Positions 40,127 through 51,815 are shown, numbered from the stretch's first letter. The stretch: 64,000 nucleotides of DNA from an uncultured Chloroflexia bacterium (GCA_963728205.1 CAVSIV010000002.1:32001-96000); one strand, 5' to 3'. Notes: generated from the letters alone by a model not told the origin. Numbers and translations: made by a program.

Positions 40127-41116
40127 GTGATGCTCTACGAGCCGACACAGACACTGCTCCACCGCTGGTTCGCCGACGAGGAGATCCGCGCCGTCGCGCG
40201 CGTCGACGGCGGCACGGTCAAGGACGTCTTTCGCGTCGACACCGCCCGCGGCGTCTTTGTCCTGCGCATCGCGGAGCCCGGCACGCGGCTCGACGACGTC
40301 CTGTTCGAGCAGGAGTGGGTGACGCACATCGGCGCGCGGTTGCCCGAGGTGCTCGCGCCGCTGCCGGCCCCCGGTGGGTCGACCGCGGTGGTCGACCACG
40401 GGCGCGTGAGCACGCTGCTCCCCTACGTCCCCGGCGACGCGCCCAGCCGCTTCCGGCCGGAGCACCGCGCCGCCGCCGCGCACACGCTCGCGCGCATCCA
40501 CCGCGTCGCCGCCTCCGTGCACGACCCGCTGCCGCGGCCGGGCTGGCCGGCGTGGCATCACCTGCACTGGGAGCGCAACCACTGGTGGTGCTGGGACGAC
40601 CTGCGTCGCGCCCTGCCGCGTGCCGCCGATGCGCCCGACCATCTCGACCCCGCCGCGATCGCCGCAGCGCTCGGCCGGCACATCGCCGTGCTGCCCATTG
40701 CGCTGCACGAGCTCGCGTACCGCGGCCTGCCGGCGCACCCGCTGCACGGCGACTACGGCGCCGCGAACCTGCGCGTGCGCGACGACCGCATCGTCGGCGT
40801 CTTCGACTGGGACGAGACGCGGCTCGACTGGCGCGCCTGCGAGCTCGCCGACGCGATCTGGGGCTTCGCGCGCCAGGTCGCGCACGACGGCTTCGACCGC
40901 GAGGTCGCGCTCGCGTTCCTCGAGTCCTACCGCGAGGCCGGCGGCGAGGTGTCGCCCCGCGAGCGGGACGAGCTCGTGCTGCTGATGCGGGCGCGACGGC
41001 TGTGGGAGGCGCTGTACTTCCTCGGCGACTGGCAGCGCGGCCAGGAGATCTCCTGGGACTACCTCGCCGCCAACGTCCGCGCGCTCGACGCGCTTGAGGG
41101 GATCGAAGCGCTGTAG
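40127..41116 (+). CDS. Phosphotransferase, APH/type II homoserine kinase family
   Basis: LARIH, HGDYGAAN (Brenner motif), FDWDE. Confidence 0.85.
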   Translation: MMLYEPTQTLLHRWFADEEIRAVARVDGGTVKDVFRVDTARGVFVLRIAEPGTRLDDVLFEQEWVTHIGARLPEVLAPLPAPGGSTAVVDHGRVSTLLPYVPGDAPSRFRPEHRAAAAHTLARIHRVAASVHDPLPRPGWPAWHHLHWERNHWWCWDDLRRALPRAADAPDHLDPAAIAAALGRHIAVLPIALHELAYRGLPAHPLHGDYGAANLRVRDDRIVGVFDWDETRLDWRACELADAIWGFARQVAHDGFDREVALAFLESYREAGGEVSPRERDELVLLMRARRLWEALYFLGDWQRGQEISWDYLAANVRALDALEGIEAL

Positions 41117-41179
41117 CGAACAGCGTTCGCCCCAATCCAACTCCCACCCGCTATCGTCGCCGGCGGAGGTGCCGCCCCG

Positions 41180-41746
41180 ATGGCCGACCGTGTTCGCTGC
41201 CCCTGGGCCGGCGACGACCCGCTGATGGTCGCCTACCACGACGAGCAGTGGGGCGTCCCCGAGCACGACGACCGCGCGCTCTTCGAGTTGGTCACGCTCG
41301 AGGGCGCCCAGGCCGGCCTCTCGTGGCGCACGATCCTGCAGCGCCGCGGCGGCTATCGCGCCGCGTTCGCCGGCTGGGACATCGCGCGCATCGCCGCGTT
41401 CGACGACGCCGACGTCGCGCGGCTCCTCGCAGATCCCGGGATCGTCCGAAATCGCGCGAAGGTCGCGGCCACCGTGGGCAATGCCCGCGCCGCGCTTGCC
41501 GTCGTCGAGGAGTGGGGCTCGCTCGACCGCCTGCTCTGGAGCTTCGTTGACGAGGTGGTGAAGGTCGGCGGCTTCACGCGCGTCGACCAGGTGCCGGCCG
41601 AGACGCCGGAGTCGCGAGCGATGAGCAAGGACCTGCACCGGCGCGGCTTCCGGTTCGTCGGACCCACCATCTGCTACGCGCTTATGCAGTCCGCCGGGCT
41701 CGCGAACGATCACCTCGTGGACTGCTTCCGCTTCCGCGCGGTCTAG
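41180..41746 (+). CDS. tag: DNA-3-methyladenine glycosylase I
   Basis: [35 protein letters not shown]. Confidence 0.96.
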   Translation: MADRVRCPWAGDDPLMVAYHDEQWGVPEHDDRALFELVTLEGAQAGLSWRTILQRRGGYRAAFAGWDIARIAAFDDADVARLLADPGIVRNRAKVAATVGNARAALAVVEEWGSLDRLLWSFVDEVVKVGGFTRVDQVPAETPESRAMSKDLHRRGFRFVGPTICYALMQSAGLANDHLVDCFRFRAV

Positions 41747-41904
41747 CGGGCCGCGCGCATCCCCCGCCGGCAAGTGCCGGCGACCGCGCGCCGCTCGCCC
41801 GGCGGCGGTCCGCCGCCGGACCGTCCGCATCGCCTGCGCTACGATGTCGCCGACGCGCCGCCGGCGCGCCCGGATGTACCACCGGTACCCCTGCGACGGA
41901 CAAG

Positions 41905-44589
41905 GTGAACGCGATGGCGGACTCCATGAACAGCTTCGGCGCGCGCGACACGCTTCGCGTCGGCAACGACACCTACACCATCTACCGGCTCGGGCGCGCC
42001 GCCGAGCAGCTCGGCGTGGACATCGATCGCCTGCCATTCACGATCCGCATCCTGCTCGAGAACATGCTGCGCTACGAGGACGGCCTCAGCGTCACCACCG
42101 ACCAGGTCCGAGCCGTCGCGCAATGGGACGCCGCCGCCGAGCCCGATACCGAGATCGCGTTCCGCCCCGGCCGCATCCTGCTCCAGGACTTCACCGGCGT
42201 CCCCGCGGTCGTCGACCTCGCCGCCATGCGCGACGCGATGGCCGAGATGGGCGGCGATCCCGACAAGATCAACCCGCTGCAGCCCGTGGACCTCGTGATC
42301 GACCATTCCGTGCAGGTCGACTCCTTCGGCATCGCCGACGCCTTCCGGATCAACGCCGAGAAGGAGTTCGAGCGGAACAAGGAGCGCTACCAGCTGCTGA
42401 AGTGGGCACAGGGTGCCTTCCGCGGCTTCCGCGTCGTCCCGCCGGATACCGGCATCGTGCACCAGGTGAACCTCGAGTACCTCGCGCCGGTCGTGCTCGC
42501 CGACGAGGCCGGCAACGCCTACCCGGACTCGCTCGTCGGCACCGACTCGCACACCACGATGATCGACGGCCTCGGCGTGCTCGGCTGGGGCGTCGGCGGG
42601 ATCGAGGCGGAGGCGGCCATGCTCGGCCAGCCCGTCTCGATGCTGATCCCGCAGGTCGTCGGCGTGCACCTCACGGGCACGCTGCCCGAGGGTGCGACCG
42701 GCACGGACCTCGTGCTTCGCGTCACCGAGATCCTGCGATCGAAGAACGTCGTCGGGAAGTTCGTCGAGTTCTTCGGGCAGGGCCTCACCGGGCTGCCGCT
42801 TGCGGCGCGCGCCACCATCGCGAACATGTGCCCCGAGTACGGTGCGACGGTCGGCTTCTTCCCCGTCGACAACGAGACGCTGCACTACCTGCACCTGACC
42901 GGCCGCGACGAGGCGATCGTCAGCCGCGTCGAGACCTACACGAAGGCGCAGCATCTCTTCCGCACCGACGCCACGCCCGACCCCGTCTTCAGCGAGGTGG
43001 TCGAGCTGGATCTCGGCAGCATCGTGCCGAGCCTGGCCGGGCCGAAGCGCCCGCAGGACCGCATCGCGCTCAGCGACATGAAGACCGCGGCCCTCAAGGA
43101 GTTCGACGACCAGGTCGCGGCGGGCGGCGGTCGCCGGCCGGTGGCCGTCGAGCAGGACGGGCAGTCGTTCGAGGTCGGCAACGGCTCGGTCGTGATCGCG
43201 GCGATCACGTCGTGCACGAACACCTCGAATCCCGAGGTCATGGTCGGCGCCGGGCTGCTCGCGAAGAAGGCGGTCGAGCGTGGGCTGCACACGAAGCCGT
43301 GGGTGAAGACGAGCCTGGCGCCCGGCTCGAAGGTCGTGACCGACTACCTCGACGAGGCCGGGCTCACCCCGTACCTCAACGAGCTCGGCTTCGAGCTCGT
43401 GGGCTACGGCTGCACGACCTGCATCGGCAACTCGGGCCCGCTGCCCGAGGCGATCGAGAAGGCCGTCGACCAGGGCAACCTCGCGGTGGCCGCGGTGCTC
43501 TCCGGCAACCGCAACTTCGAGGCGCGCGTGCACAACAAGGTGCGCTCGAACTACCTCGCGTCGCCGCCGCTCGTCGTCGCGTACGCGCTCGCCGGTCGCA
43601 CCGACGTCGACCTCTACAACGAGCCGCTCGGCGAGGGCAGCGACGGCCAGCCGGTCTTCCTGCGCGACATCTGGCCAACGCAGCGCGAGGTGCTGTCGAC
43701 GATCCAGTCGTCGATCCGCTCGCAGATGTTCACGTCGGAGTACGGCGACGTCTTCAAGGGCGACGAGCGCTGGGCGGCGCTGGACGCCCCGGCCGGCGAC
43801 CGCTTCGCCTGGGACCCGGACTCGACGTACGTGCGGCGCCCGCCGTTCTTCGAGAACCTCCCGCGCCAGCCGCGGCCGCTCACCGACATCAAGGAGGCGC
43901 GTGTGCTCGCGCTCCTCGGCGACTCGGTGACGACCGATCACATCTCGCCCGCCGGCGGCATCGCGAAGAGCTCGCCGGCCGCGAAGTACCTGGACGACCA
44001 CGAGGTGCCGGTGAGCGCCTACAACCAGTACGGCGCGCGCCGCGGCAACCACGAGGTGATGATGCGCGGCACGTTCGCGAACGTGCGGCTGCGCAACACG
44101 CTGGTCGACCGCGAGGGCGGCTGGACGCGCCACCTCCCCGACGGCGAGGAGATGACGATCTGGGACGCGGCGGAGCGCTACCAGGAAGAGGGCGTCCCGC
44201 TGATCCTGATCGCGGGCCGCGAGTACGGCACCGGATCGTCGCGCGACTGGGCGGCGAAGGGGCCGTACCTGCAGGGCGTGAAGGCCGCGCTGGCGCAGTC
44301 GTTCGAGCGCATCCACCGCAGCAACCTGATCGGCATGGGCATCCTGCCGCTGCAGTTCCGCGACGGCGACTCCGCGGAGTCGCTCGGGCTGACCGGCAAG
44401 GAGCGGTTCGACGTCGATGGCATCGCCGGCGACCTCAAGCCGGGCCAGGCGCTGACGGTGCGTGCGATCGCGGACGACGGCGCGGAGCAGACGTTCGAGG
44501 TGCGCTGCCGCATCGATACGCCGGTGGAGGTCGAGTACTACCGGCACGGCGGGATCCTGCAGTACGTCCTGCGTCAACTGCTCGACTAA
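41905..44589 (+). CDS. acnA: Aconitate hydratase A
   Basis: [50 protein letters not shown]. Confidence 0.98.
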   Translation: MNAMADSMNSFGARDTLRVGNDTYTIYRLGRAAEQLGVDIDRLPFTIRILLENMLRYEDGLSVTTDQVRAVAQWDAAAEPDTEIAFRPGRILLQDFTGVPAVVDLAAMRDAMAEMGGDPDKINPLQPVDLVIDHSVQVDSFGIADAFRINAEKEFERNKERYQLLKWAQGAFRGFRVVPPDTGIVHQVNLEYLAPVVLADEAGNAYPDSLVGTDSHTTMIDGLGVLGWGVGGIEAEAAMLGQPVSMLIPQVVGVHLTGTLPEGATGTDLVLRVTEILRSKNVVGKFVEFFGQGLTGLPLAARATIANMCPEYGATVGFFPVDNETLHYLHLTGRDEAIVSRVETYTKAQHLFRTDATPDPVFSEVVELDLGSIVPSLAGPKRPQDRIALSDMKTAALKEFDDQVAAGGGRRPVAVEQDGQSFEVGNGSVVIAAITSCTNTSNPEVMVGAGLLAKKAVERGLHTKPWVKTSLAPGSKVVTDYLDEAGLTPYLNELGFELVGYGCTTCIGNSGPLPEAIEKAVDQGNLAVAAVLSGNRNFEARVHNKVRSNYLASPPLVVAYALAGRTDVDLYNEPLGEGSDGQPVFLRDIWPTQREVLSTIQSSIRSQMFTSEYGDVFKGDERWAALDAPAGDRFAWDPDSTYVRRPPFFENLPRQPRPLTDIKEARVLALLGDSVTTDHISPAGGIAKSSPAAKYLDDHEVPVSAYNQYGARRGNHEVMMRGTFANVRLRNTLVDREGGWTRHLPDGEEMTIWDAAERYQEEGVPLILIAGREYGTGSSRDWAAKGPYLQGVKAALAQSFERIHRSNLIGMGILPLQFRDGDSAESLGLTGKERFDVDGIAGDLKPGQALTVRAIADDGAEQTFEVRCRIDTPVEVEYYRHGGILQYVLRQLLD

Positions 44590-44659
44590 GGGACGGGCGC
44601 GGGGCGTCGCTCCCGCGCCCGAGCCGATTGCGCGCCGCCGCCGCGGCGCCCGGTGGTGG

Positions 44660-45454
44660 TTGCCGGCCGCCGCCGTCGCGCTGATGCTGGCGCTGGCGGG
44701 CTGCAGCGGCGGGCGCGTGGTCATCTCGAAGTCCGCGCGGCCGGAGTCGGCCGGCGGGCGAACGTCGTACATCGTTCTGGCGTCGGTCGGCGCCGGCGGC
44801 GAGGATGCGCAGCCCGCGGTCGGGCAAACCTACACGCGCGTCGTGGCGCCGGACGACCCGTGGGTGCGCCACTGCTACGACCAGGCGCGGGTCGGCGTCG
44901 GCCTGCCGTACTACTGCGTCAGCGGACGCACGCCGCTCGAGGCGCTCCTCATCGCCCTGTCGCTCCTCCCGGTGATCGTCATCACCTGGCTCGCCGCGCA
45001 CCGCTTCGTCGCGCGACTGCCCGAGCCCGCGCCCGTCGCCGAGACGGGTGTCGGGGACGCCGCAGGGAGCGGGGGCGGCGGTGGTGACTGGCTGCTGTCG
45101 CGACAGGCGCGCGAGCGCTCGGCCTTCGAGGCGGCGCGGGGTCCCGCCGCGCAGGCCCGCTTCGCCACCGGCCGCTATGCGCTGCGCTCGGTGGGGCTGG
45201 GCGCGCTGTACGGCCTCGCGGTCACCGCGGCCGCGAGCGCGGTGCTCGGCTGGCGCACCGCCGACGACTGGGTCGTGCTCGCCGCCGCGGCGCACATCCC
45301 GGTCGTGGGCTTCACCTACATCTGGTGGGCGCTCCACGGCCGGGTGGGGAACCGGCGGCACCTCCGCGCGCTGTTCGCGGTCGGCGGGATGATCGGTCTC
45401 GCCACGGCCGGGGTCGTGCTGCTGCTGCTCGAGGGCTCGCACGCGCTGCTCTGA
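44660..45454 (+). CDS. Hypothetical membrane protein, possible lipoprotein
   Basis: LALAGC lipobox-like sequence and four hydrophobic segments; start uncertain. Confidence 0.5.
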   Translation: MPAAAVALMLALAGCSGGRVVISKSARPESAGGRTSYIVLASVGAGGEDAQPAVGQTYTRVVAPDDPWVRHCYDQARVGVGLPYYCVSGRTPLEALLIALSLLPVIVITWLAAHRFVARLPEPAPVAETGVGDAAGSGGGGGDWLLSRQARERSAFEAARGPAAQARFATGRYALRSVGLGALYGLAVTAAASAVLGWRTADDWVVLAAAAHIPVVGFTYIWWALHGRVGNRRHLRALFAVGGMIGLATAGVVLLLLEGSHALL

Positions 45455-45474
45455 CGCCGCCCCACGCCTCTGTT

Positions 45475-45484
45475 CATACGTATG
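45475..45484. promoter_or_regulatory. Palindrome CATACGTATG upstream of the CoA-transferase
   Basis: Perfect 10-bp palindrome in an AT-rich patch about 50 nt before the ATG. Confidence 0.45.
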
Positions 45485-45531
45485 TAATATCTCCCCATCG
45501 CCGCGCCGTTGCGCGACGGGGGAGGTCGACG

Positions 45532-46824
45532 ATGACGAACGCAGTGCAGGGGCCGCTCGCCGGGATCCGCGTACTCGAGTTCTCGCAGATCGTCGCGGCG
45601 CCGGTCTGCGGCGTGAACCTCTCGGATCTCGGCGCCGACGTGATCAAGGTCGAGCCGCCGGGCGGCGAGCAGACGCGCCGCTCGGGGGCGGTCGTGCCCA
45701 ACGAGGGCAAGGGTTTCCAGGCGCTGAACCGCGGCAAGCGTGGCCTCGTCGTCGACCTCCAGGATCCGCGCGGGCGCGCGGTCATCCACCGGCTGATGCC
45801 GTCGATCGACGTCGTCGCCATCAACTACCGGCTCGGCGTCGCGGAGCGGATCGGGATCGACTACCGGACCCTCAGCGCGATCCGTCCGGACCTCATCTAC
45901 TGGCAGAACACCGGCTTCGGTTCCGGCGGCCCCGAGGCGTTCCGCGCCGGCTCGGACATCGTCGCCCAGGGTTACTCGGGGCTGATGGTCACCGACGCGA
46001 AGACAAACGACGACGGCGCGCCTGACCTCGTGGCCACGCCGATCGCCGACATCGCGTCCGGCTTCGCGGCCGCGATGGGCATCTGCGCCGCGCTCTACCA
46101 TCGGGCGATGACCGGCGAGGGTCAGGAGCTCGAGACGTCGCTGTTGCGGACGTCGCTTTTCCTGCAGGGCTCGACGGTGATGCGCGAGCCGGCCAGCGAC
46201 GCGGTGCTGCGCGACCCGCTGATGGAGGAGGTCGCGGCGATCCGCGCTCGCGCCGGCTCGTACGGCGAGATCCTGGAGGCGCGCAAGGGACGCGCCGCGC
46301 TGCGCGCGGCGTTCCGGCTCTACTACGGCGCGTACCGCGCGCAGGACGGCGCGGTCGTGCTGGGCGCACTGACGAAGGCGAACCGCGACGCGATGCGGCG
46401 CGTGCTCGGGGGCGAGGACGAGGCGAGCGACGAGGACGCCTACGACGCCTTCGACCCGCTCAGCCTGGAGGAGGCGGAGCGCTGGAAGCAGCGCTATCGC
46501 GCGCTCTTCCGCACGCGGACGGTCGGGGAGTGGGTCGCGCTGTTCGACGCGGCGCACGTCCCGGTGGCACCCGTGCAGTTGCCCGAGGAGCTCGCCGACG
46601 ACCCGCAGGTGGTCGCCGACGGCGTGATGGCGGAGCTGCATCATGCCGTGACCGGCCCGCAGCGCGTCGTCGGCCCGGCGGTCACGCTGACGCGCACGCC
46701 GACCGCCGCGCGGCGCGCCGCGCCGGCGCTGGGCGAGCACTCGGTCGAGGTGCTGTGCGAGTCGGGCATGGAGCCCGTCGAGATCGCGGAGCTGGTCGCG
46801 GCCGGCGTCGTCGTCCAGCGCTGA
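45532..46824 (+). CDS. CaiB/BaiF family III CoA-transferase
   Basis: PLAGIRVLE, DLGADVIKVEPP, NRGKR, APALGEH; GGAGG RBS. Confidence 0.93.
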   Translation: MTNAVQGPLAGIRVLEFSQIVAAPVCGVNLSDLGADVIKVEPPGGEQTRRSGAVVPNEGKGFQALNRGKRGLVVDLQDPRGRAVIHRLMPSIDVVAINYRLGVAERIGIDYRTLSAIRPDLIYWQNTGFGSGGPEAFRAGSDIVAQGYSGLMVTDAKTNDDGAPDLVATPIADIASGFAAAMGICAALYHRAMTGEGQELETSLLRTSLFLQGSTVMREPASDAVLRDPLMEEVAAIRARAGSYGEILEARKGRAALRAAFRLYYGAYRAQDGAVVLGALTKANRDAMRRVLGGEDEASDEDAYDAFDPLSLEEAERWKQRYRALFRTRTVGEWVALFDAAHVPVAPVQLPEELADDPQVVADGVMAELHHAVTGPQRVVGPAVTLTRTPTAARRAAPALGEHSVEVLCESGMEPVEIAELVAAGVVVQR

Positions 46825-46851
46825 CGCGGCGGCGCGCCGCCGCGCGTCAAA

Positions 46852-47715
46852 TCACAGCAGCTTCTGCGCCGCGTTGCAGGCGTCCGTCACGGCGGCGAGT
46901 GCGCGGTCGGCGGCGTCCCAGTGGCCGCTGCGCGCGAACTGCATCGCCACGAGCTCGCCGTTGAGGCACTCGCTCAGCACCGAGATCTGCTGCTGCTGCG
47001 TCTGCGACTGCTTCTGCGCCGAGTCCAGGCCCGCCTGCAACGCCTGCAGGCGGGCCTGCAGCGCCGTGACCTGCGTCGTCGCGGCGTCCAGCCGGCCCTG
47101 CAGGTCGTCACGCGCCTGCTGCAGCGTCTCGGCCTGCTGCTTCGCCGACTGCGCCTGCGTCTGCAGCGTCGCCTGCGCCGTCGCCTTCGCATCGACCGTC
47201 GCTTGCAGTGTCGCGAGCGTGGCCTGGCTGCGCTGTGCGTCTTGCTGCGCGGCGACGGCGTCGGCGCGGGCGCGCGCCGCATCGCTGCGCGCCGCCAGCC
47301 ACGCCGACCCGACGCCCGCGAGGGCGAGCACGAGGGCAACGACGACGACCGCGGCGATCAGGGGGCCCCGCGCACGGCCGAGCGACGCCCGCGCGCGGGA
47401 GGCGACGCCGGCCGTCCACGCCGGAGCGCTCTCCGTCCACCCGGGTCGCTCGAGCTTCGCGGGTAGCGCGTGCCGGAGGGCCGCCGCCGCCGACGCCGGC
47501 GCGTCCCGCAGCGCGGCGGGCGCGCCGCCGCGCGGCCGCGGCAGCGACCAGCGCGGGAGGTGCGCTCGCAGCCGCCGGAGCGTCTCGGTCGAAACCGGTG
47601 GCAGGATGCGCGGGCCGGTGTCGGCGTTGCGGACCTCGTCGGGCAGGTCGGCGCCGCAGAGGCGGCAGAACTCCCAGCCCGCCAGGACCGGCGCTCCACA
47701 TTGCTCGCAGTACAT
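46852..47715 (-). CDS. Zinc-ribbon / single-TM / coiled-coil protein
   Basis: CEQCG...FCRLCG; TM segment; Gln/Ala heptad repeats. Confidence 0.75.
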   Translation of the reverse strand: MYCEQCGAPVLAGWEFCRLCGADLPDEVRNADTGPRILPPVSTETLRRLRAHLPRWSLPRPRGGAPAALRDAPASAAAALRHALPAKLERPGWTESAPAWTAGVASRARASLGRARGPLIAAVVVVALVLALAGVGSAWLAARSDAARARADAVAAQQDAQRSQATLATLQATVDAKATAQATLQTQAQSAKQQAETLQQARDDLQGRLDAATTQVTALQARLQALQAGLDSAQKQSQTQQQQISVLSECLNGELVAMQFARSGHWDAADRALAAVTDACNAAQKLL

Positions 47716-47863
47716 GGGTCGGACGATCCCCTCGCGCACCCCGCCCTGGAGTGCGGCCGGTCAGGCCGCCGATGGCCGTCGGTACGTGAACGCACGAGCG
47801 TCGCTCACGTTCGGGTTCCGCCCGCGTCGATGGTATCTCGGGAGCGACACCTGTGGCAGCGGG

Positions 47864-49189
47864 TCACAATCCGGGGACACCGGCCGCTGCGGCTCCGCTG
47901 CGCGCCCGCGCCCCGTCGTCTGCGTCGCCGGGCGTCTCCGGCGGCGTCGCGAAGTAGAAGAAGAGCGACCCCAGCCCGGCGAGCACCGCGATGATCGTGA
48001 AGCCGGCCTGGTACCCGCCCGTCGCATCGGCGAGGAAGCCCGCGATCAGCGGCCCGCTCATCAGCCCGATCATGTTCAGCATCGTGGAGAAGCCCATGAT
48101 CATCCCGAACGACGCGCGCCCGAAGTAGTCGGCGCGCAGCGCCTGCATCTGCGGACCGCGGATGCCCCAGGCGAGTCCGTGCAGCGGCACGAACAGGATC
48201 GCCATCCAGATGTTCACGGCGTAGGCGAGCAGCAGCAGCCCGACCATGTGTCCGAGCATGCACACGATGATGATCCGCCGCTTGTTGAAGCGGTCACCGA
48301 GGTAGCCGCCGATCAGCTGCCCGGTGAGCTGCATCAGCGGCAGCGCTCCACCCACGAAGCTCGCCTGCTGCAGCGTCAGCCCGAGCGACCCCGTGAGGTC
48401 GAGCGACAGGTGCAGCATCACGGCGCCGACCACGAGCAGCGCCGACGCGTGCCCGAACCCGATCAGCCAGAACGCGCGCGTGCGCAGCGCCTCGCGCACC
48501 GTCAGGCTCCGCTGCGGCTCGTCGCGTACGCCGTTGCGCTCAGCCTCGGCGCGGCGCTGCTCCGGCGTCACGCCGTCGACGTGCTCGCCGAGCAGTTCCG
48601 GCCGGTGGTGCATCACCTGCGCGATCGGCAGCCCCACGACCAGCACGATCACGCCCGACGCGAACGCCGTCGTGCGCCAGCCGATCGTCGTGAGCGCGTA
48701 CGCGACGATCGGCGTGAGCACGCCGCCGGCCGCGATGCCGACCTGCGCGAGCGAGAGCGCCGTCGCGCGCCGGTGCTCGAACCAGTTCACGATGGTGGTC
48801 GTGATCGAGAGCATCCCGGAGAGCGTCGAGCCGAGCACGACCAGCAGGTAGAAGCCGAAGAACTCGAGCGGCGTGCGCATCTGGCTGAACAGCATGAAGC
48901 CGATGCCGAAGATGACGACGCCCACGCGCATGACGACGCGCGGCCCGAAGCGGTCGAGCAGCCACCCCTGGATCGGCGCGAGCAGCGCGGTCTGCACGCG
49001 GGTGAGCGCGAAGCCGATCGAGAGCATCGACGCGCTCCAGCCGAGCTCGTCGCGCAGCAGCACCGAGTAGTTCGCGAATGCCTGCATCAGGAGCGCGCTG
49101 CGGATCGCGGACATCGACGCTCCGGCGCCGACGATCCGCCAGCCGTAGAAGGCCGGCCGCCGCGGTCGGCGGGGGCGGGGCAGGCGCAT
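47864..49189 (-). CDS. MFS transporter (OFA/MCT-like)
   Basis: FYGW, GWLLDRFGPR, GYLGDRFNKR, ADYFGR. Confidence 0.92.
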   Translation of the reverse strand: MRLPRPRRPRRPAFYGWRIVGAGASMSAIRSALLMQAFANYSVLLRDELGWSASMLSIGFALTRVQTALLAPIQGWLLDRFGPRVVMRVGVVIFGIGFMLFSQMRTPLEFFGFYLLVVLGSTLSGMLSITTTIVNWFEHRRATALSLAQVGIAAGGVLTPIVAYALTTIGWRTTAFASGVIVLVVGLPIAQVMHHRPELLGEHVDGVTPEQRRAEAERNGVRDEPQRSLTVREALRTRAFWLIGFGHASALLVVGAVMLHLSLDLTGSLGLTLQQASFVGGALPLMQLTGQLIGGYLGDRFNKRRIIIVCMLGHMVGLLLLAYAVNIWMAILFVPLHGLAWGIRGPQMQALRADYFGRASFGMIMGFSTMLNMIGLMSGPLIAGFLADATGGYQAGFTIIAVLAGLGSLFFYFATPPETPGDADDGARARSGAAAAGVPGL

Positions 49190-49265
49190 CAGCGCGGCAT
49201 CGGTTCCACCGCCACCTCACCGCGAGCCCCGCTCGCGGGCAAGACGCTGGCTGGATGCGACCGGC

Positions 49266-51815
49266 TCACGACGCCGCGAACTCGCGGCAGCGGATCGCGC
49301 GGTCGAGCTCGTCGATCTGCTCGCGCAGCGACCGGCGCAGCACGGGCATGCTCTCCGGCGTCGCGTCGAGCATCTGCTGCGCGCGCGCCAGCAGGTCGCG
49401 TTCGACGCGGTTCGGGAAGAGCGCGCTGAAGTACGTCTGGCAGAACTCGTTCGGGCGCTGCTCGAAGATGCCGGTGACCTTCTCGAAGAAGCGCTCCTCG
49501 TAGGGGCGCGTCAGGTCGCGCTGCACCCACCACTGGAAGCCGCGCATCGCCGAGGCCGTCAGGTGCAGCGAGCCGTAGCCCTCGCCGTGGAAGCGCTCCC
49601 ACGCCGTCGCCTTCACCGCGGCGTCGGGCCACGACGTCTCGATGCGCCGCAGCGCGCGCTGGCCGCGGTCCGACGGGTCGCGCGCGGCCTCCGCGTCGAC
49701 GCGCGCCTGCGCGCCGTCGAGCCCGAACCCGACGTGCCGCGCCGCAATCTCCCAGCGCATGTCCTGGTCGATGGTGAGTCCCTCGACGGTCAACTCGCCG
49801 TCGGCAAGCCGGCCCGTGAGGCGGATGTCGTCGGGGTTCAGCGCGACGCCGACCAGCGTGCGCGCGAGCGTGATCTGCAGATCGTGGTCGCGCTCCGCCT
49901 GCAGGAGTCGCCACGTCAACTCGAAGAAGCGATGCGCCTCGGCGGCTTTCCGGTCCTCCGGCACGTAGCGCGCAACCGCGCCCGTCATCGAGCCGAGGAT
50001 CGTCTCGACCAGCTCCTGGTCGCGCTCGAACGCGATCTTCTCGCCCGCGAGCGCCAGGTAGTCGGTCGACCGCAGCTGCTGGTCGCGCACCATGTTCCAC
50101 AGCGACTGCCAGATCATCTGCCGCAGCAGCGGGTCCGCGATCGCCTCCAGCCGCCGGCGCAGGAAGTCGACCGACGTCTCGTCGAGCGCGATCCGCGCGT
50201 AGTCGTAGTCGTCGTGGTTGGGGAAGACGAAGCCCGGCGCCGGCTTGCCGACGGCCGCCGGCACGGCCGCGGTCGCGCCGTCGATCGCGGCGGGCACCGC
50301 CTCGACCGTGAGCCCGCCGTCCTGCTCGCGCACCAGCGCGACCGCCGTGCGGTGCGGCCGCAGCGTCGCGTGCGTCTCCGGCGCGGTCTGCGTCAGCGTC
50401 ATCGCGGCCACGCGGTCGCCATCCGCCTCCCACGTCGCCGCGAGCGTGTTCAGCGAGGCCGTCTCCAGCCACGCACGCGCCCACTGCTCGAGGTCCTGCG
50501 GCACGCCCTCGCCGAGCGCGGCGAGGAAGTCGGCGAGCGTCGTGTTCCCGAACGCGTGGCGCTGGAAGTAGCGCCGCATGCCGTCGCGGAACGCGTCCAT
50601 GCCAATCGCGTAGACCAGCTGCTTGAGGACCGACGCGCCCTTGCCGTACGTGATGCCGTCGAAGTTGAGGAACGTCTCGTCGGTGTCGCGCACCTCGCCG
50701 GCGATCGGGTGCGTCGTCACCAGCTCGTCCTGGTGGTACGCCCACGACTTCATCCGCGAGTTGAAGTTCAGCCACGACGTCTTGAAGCGCGTCGCCTCGG
50801 CGAGGCAGAGGTACGACATGTAGCTGGCGAACGACTCGTTCAGCCAGAGGTCGTTCCACCAGCGCATCGTCACGAGGTCGCCAAACCACATGTGCGCCAT
50901 CTCGTGCAGGAAGATCTCGGCACGGCTGAGGCGCTGGGTGTCGGTCGGGGGATCGCGGTAGATGATCCGCTCGTAGTGCGTGACGGCGCCGATGTTCTCC
51001 ATCGCGCCGGCGTTGAACTCCGGGACCGCGATCTGGTCGTACTTCCCGAACGGATACGGGTAGGCGAAGAAGTCCGCGTAGAAGTCGAGCCCCTGCTTCG
51101 TGACCTCCCAGATCTCGTCGATGTCCACGTACTTCACGAGCGACTTGCGACAGTAGAAGCCGAGAGGGATGTCGCCGTGCTGCTCGCGGAACTCGTGGTA
51201 CGGGCCCACGATCAGCGCGAACAGGTATGGGGAGAACGGCACGGTCTCGCGAAAGACGTGCCGCACCCGCCCATCGCCCGCCGCCTCGCGCGACTGCTCC
51301 GGGTAGTTCGCGATCACGACCCACGCCTCGGGGGCCGTCACAGTCACGCGATAGCGCGCCTTGATGTCGGGCTGGTCGAAGCACGGGAAGAGGCGGTGCG
51401 CCTCGTATGGCTCGAAGTTCGAGTAGAAGTACTCCTCGCCGTCCTCGGGGTCGACGAACTGGTGGAAGCCGTCGCCGTCGTGGTTGTAGTCGTGCTCGTA
51501 CTGGATGCGCACGACGTTCGTCGCGGCGAGCGCGTCGGCCGGCAGCGTCAGGCGGTAGCCGGTCCAGTCGGGCGCGTCGATCGCGCGGCCGTTGACCTCG
51601 AGGCGCTCGATGCGCTTGCCGGTGTGGTCGAGGAAGAGCGGGCCGTTGCCCGCGAGCGAGAAGCGGATCGTGACGTCGCCGCGGTAGCCCTCGCGGCCCC
51701 GTTCGAGGTCGATCGCGAGCTCGTAGGAGACGTCCGAGACGCGTCGTGCGCGGTCAGTCGCCTCGTCCTGGGTGAGCACGTCGCGCGCGGCAGGGGTGGT
51801 GGGGGCGGTCGTCAT
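49266..51815 (-). CDS. pepN: Aminopeptidase N (M1 family)
   Basis: FPCFDQPDIKA, GAMEN, HEMAHMWFG...WLNESFA, YGKG. Confidence 0.96.
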   Translation of the reverse strand: MTTAPTTPAARDVLTQDEATDRARRVSDVSYELAIDLERGREGYRGDVTIRFSLAGNGPLFLDHTGKRIERLEVNGRAIDAPDWTGYRLTLPADALAATNVVRIQYEHDYNHDGDGFHQFVDPEDGEEYFYSNFEPYEAHRLFPCFDQPDIKARYRVTVTAPEAWVVIANYPEQSREAAGDGRVRHVFRETVPFSPYLFALIVGPYHEFREQHGDIPLGFYCRKSLVKYVDIDEIWEVTKQGLDFYADFFAYPYPFGKYDQIAVPEFNAGAMENIGAVTHYERIIYRDPPTDTQRLSRAEIFLHEMAHMWFGDLVTMRWWNDLWLNESFASYMSYLCLAEATRFKTSWLNFNSRMKSWAYHQDELVTTHPIAGEVRDTDETFLNFDGITYGKGASVLKQLVYAIGMDAFRDGMRRYFQRHAFGNTTLADFLAALGEGVPQDLEQWARAWLETASLNTLAATWEADGDRVAAMTLTQTAPETHATLRPHRTAVALVREQDGGLTVEAVPAAIDGATAAVPAAVGKPAPGFVFPNHDDYDYARIALDETSVDFLRRRLEAIADPLLRQMIWQSLWNMVRDQQLRSTDYLALAGEKIAFERDQELVETILGSMTGAVARYVPEDRKAAEAHRFFELTWRLLQAERDHDLQITLARTLVGVALNPDDIRLTGRLADGELTVEGLTIDQDMRWEIAARHVGFGLDGAQARVDAEAARDPSDRGQRALRRIETSWPDAAVKATAWERFHGEGYGSLHLTASAMRGFQWWVQRDLTRPYEERFFEKVTGIFEQRPNEFCQTYFSALFPNRVERDLLARAQQMLDATPESMPVLRRSLREQIDELDRAIRCREFAAS

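Noticed and set aside
39129-41746. Genes beside the tRNA cluster as an integrated island
   Set aside because: They lie on the 5' side of the tRNAs, have host-like composition and no integrase
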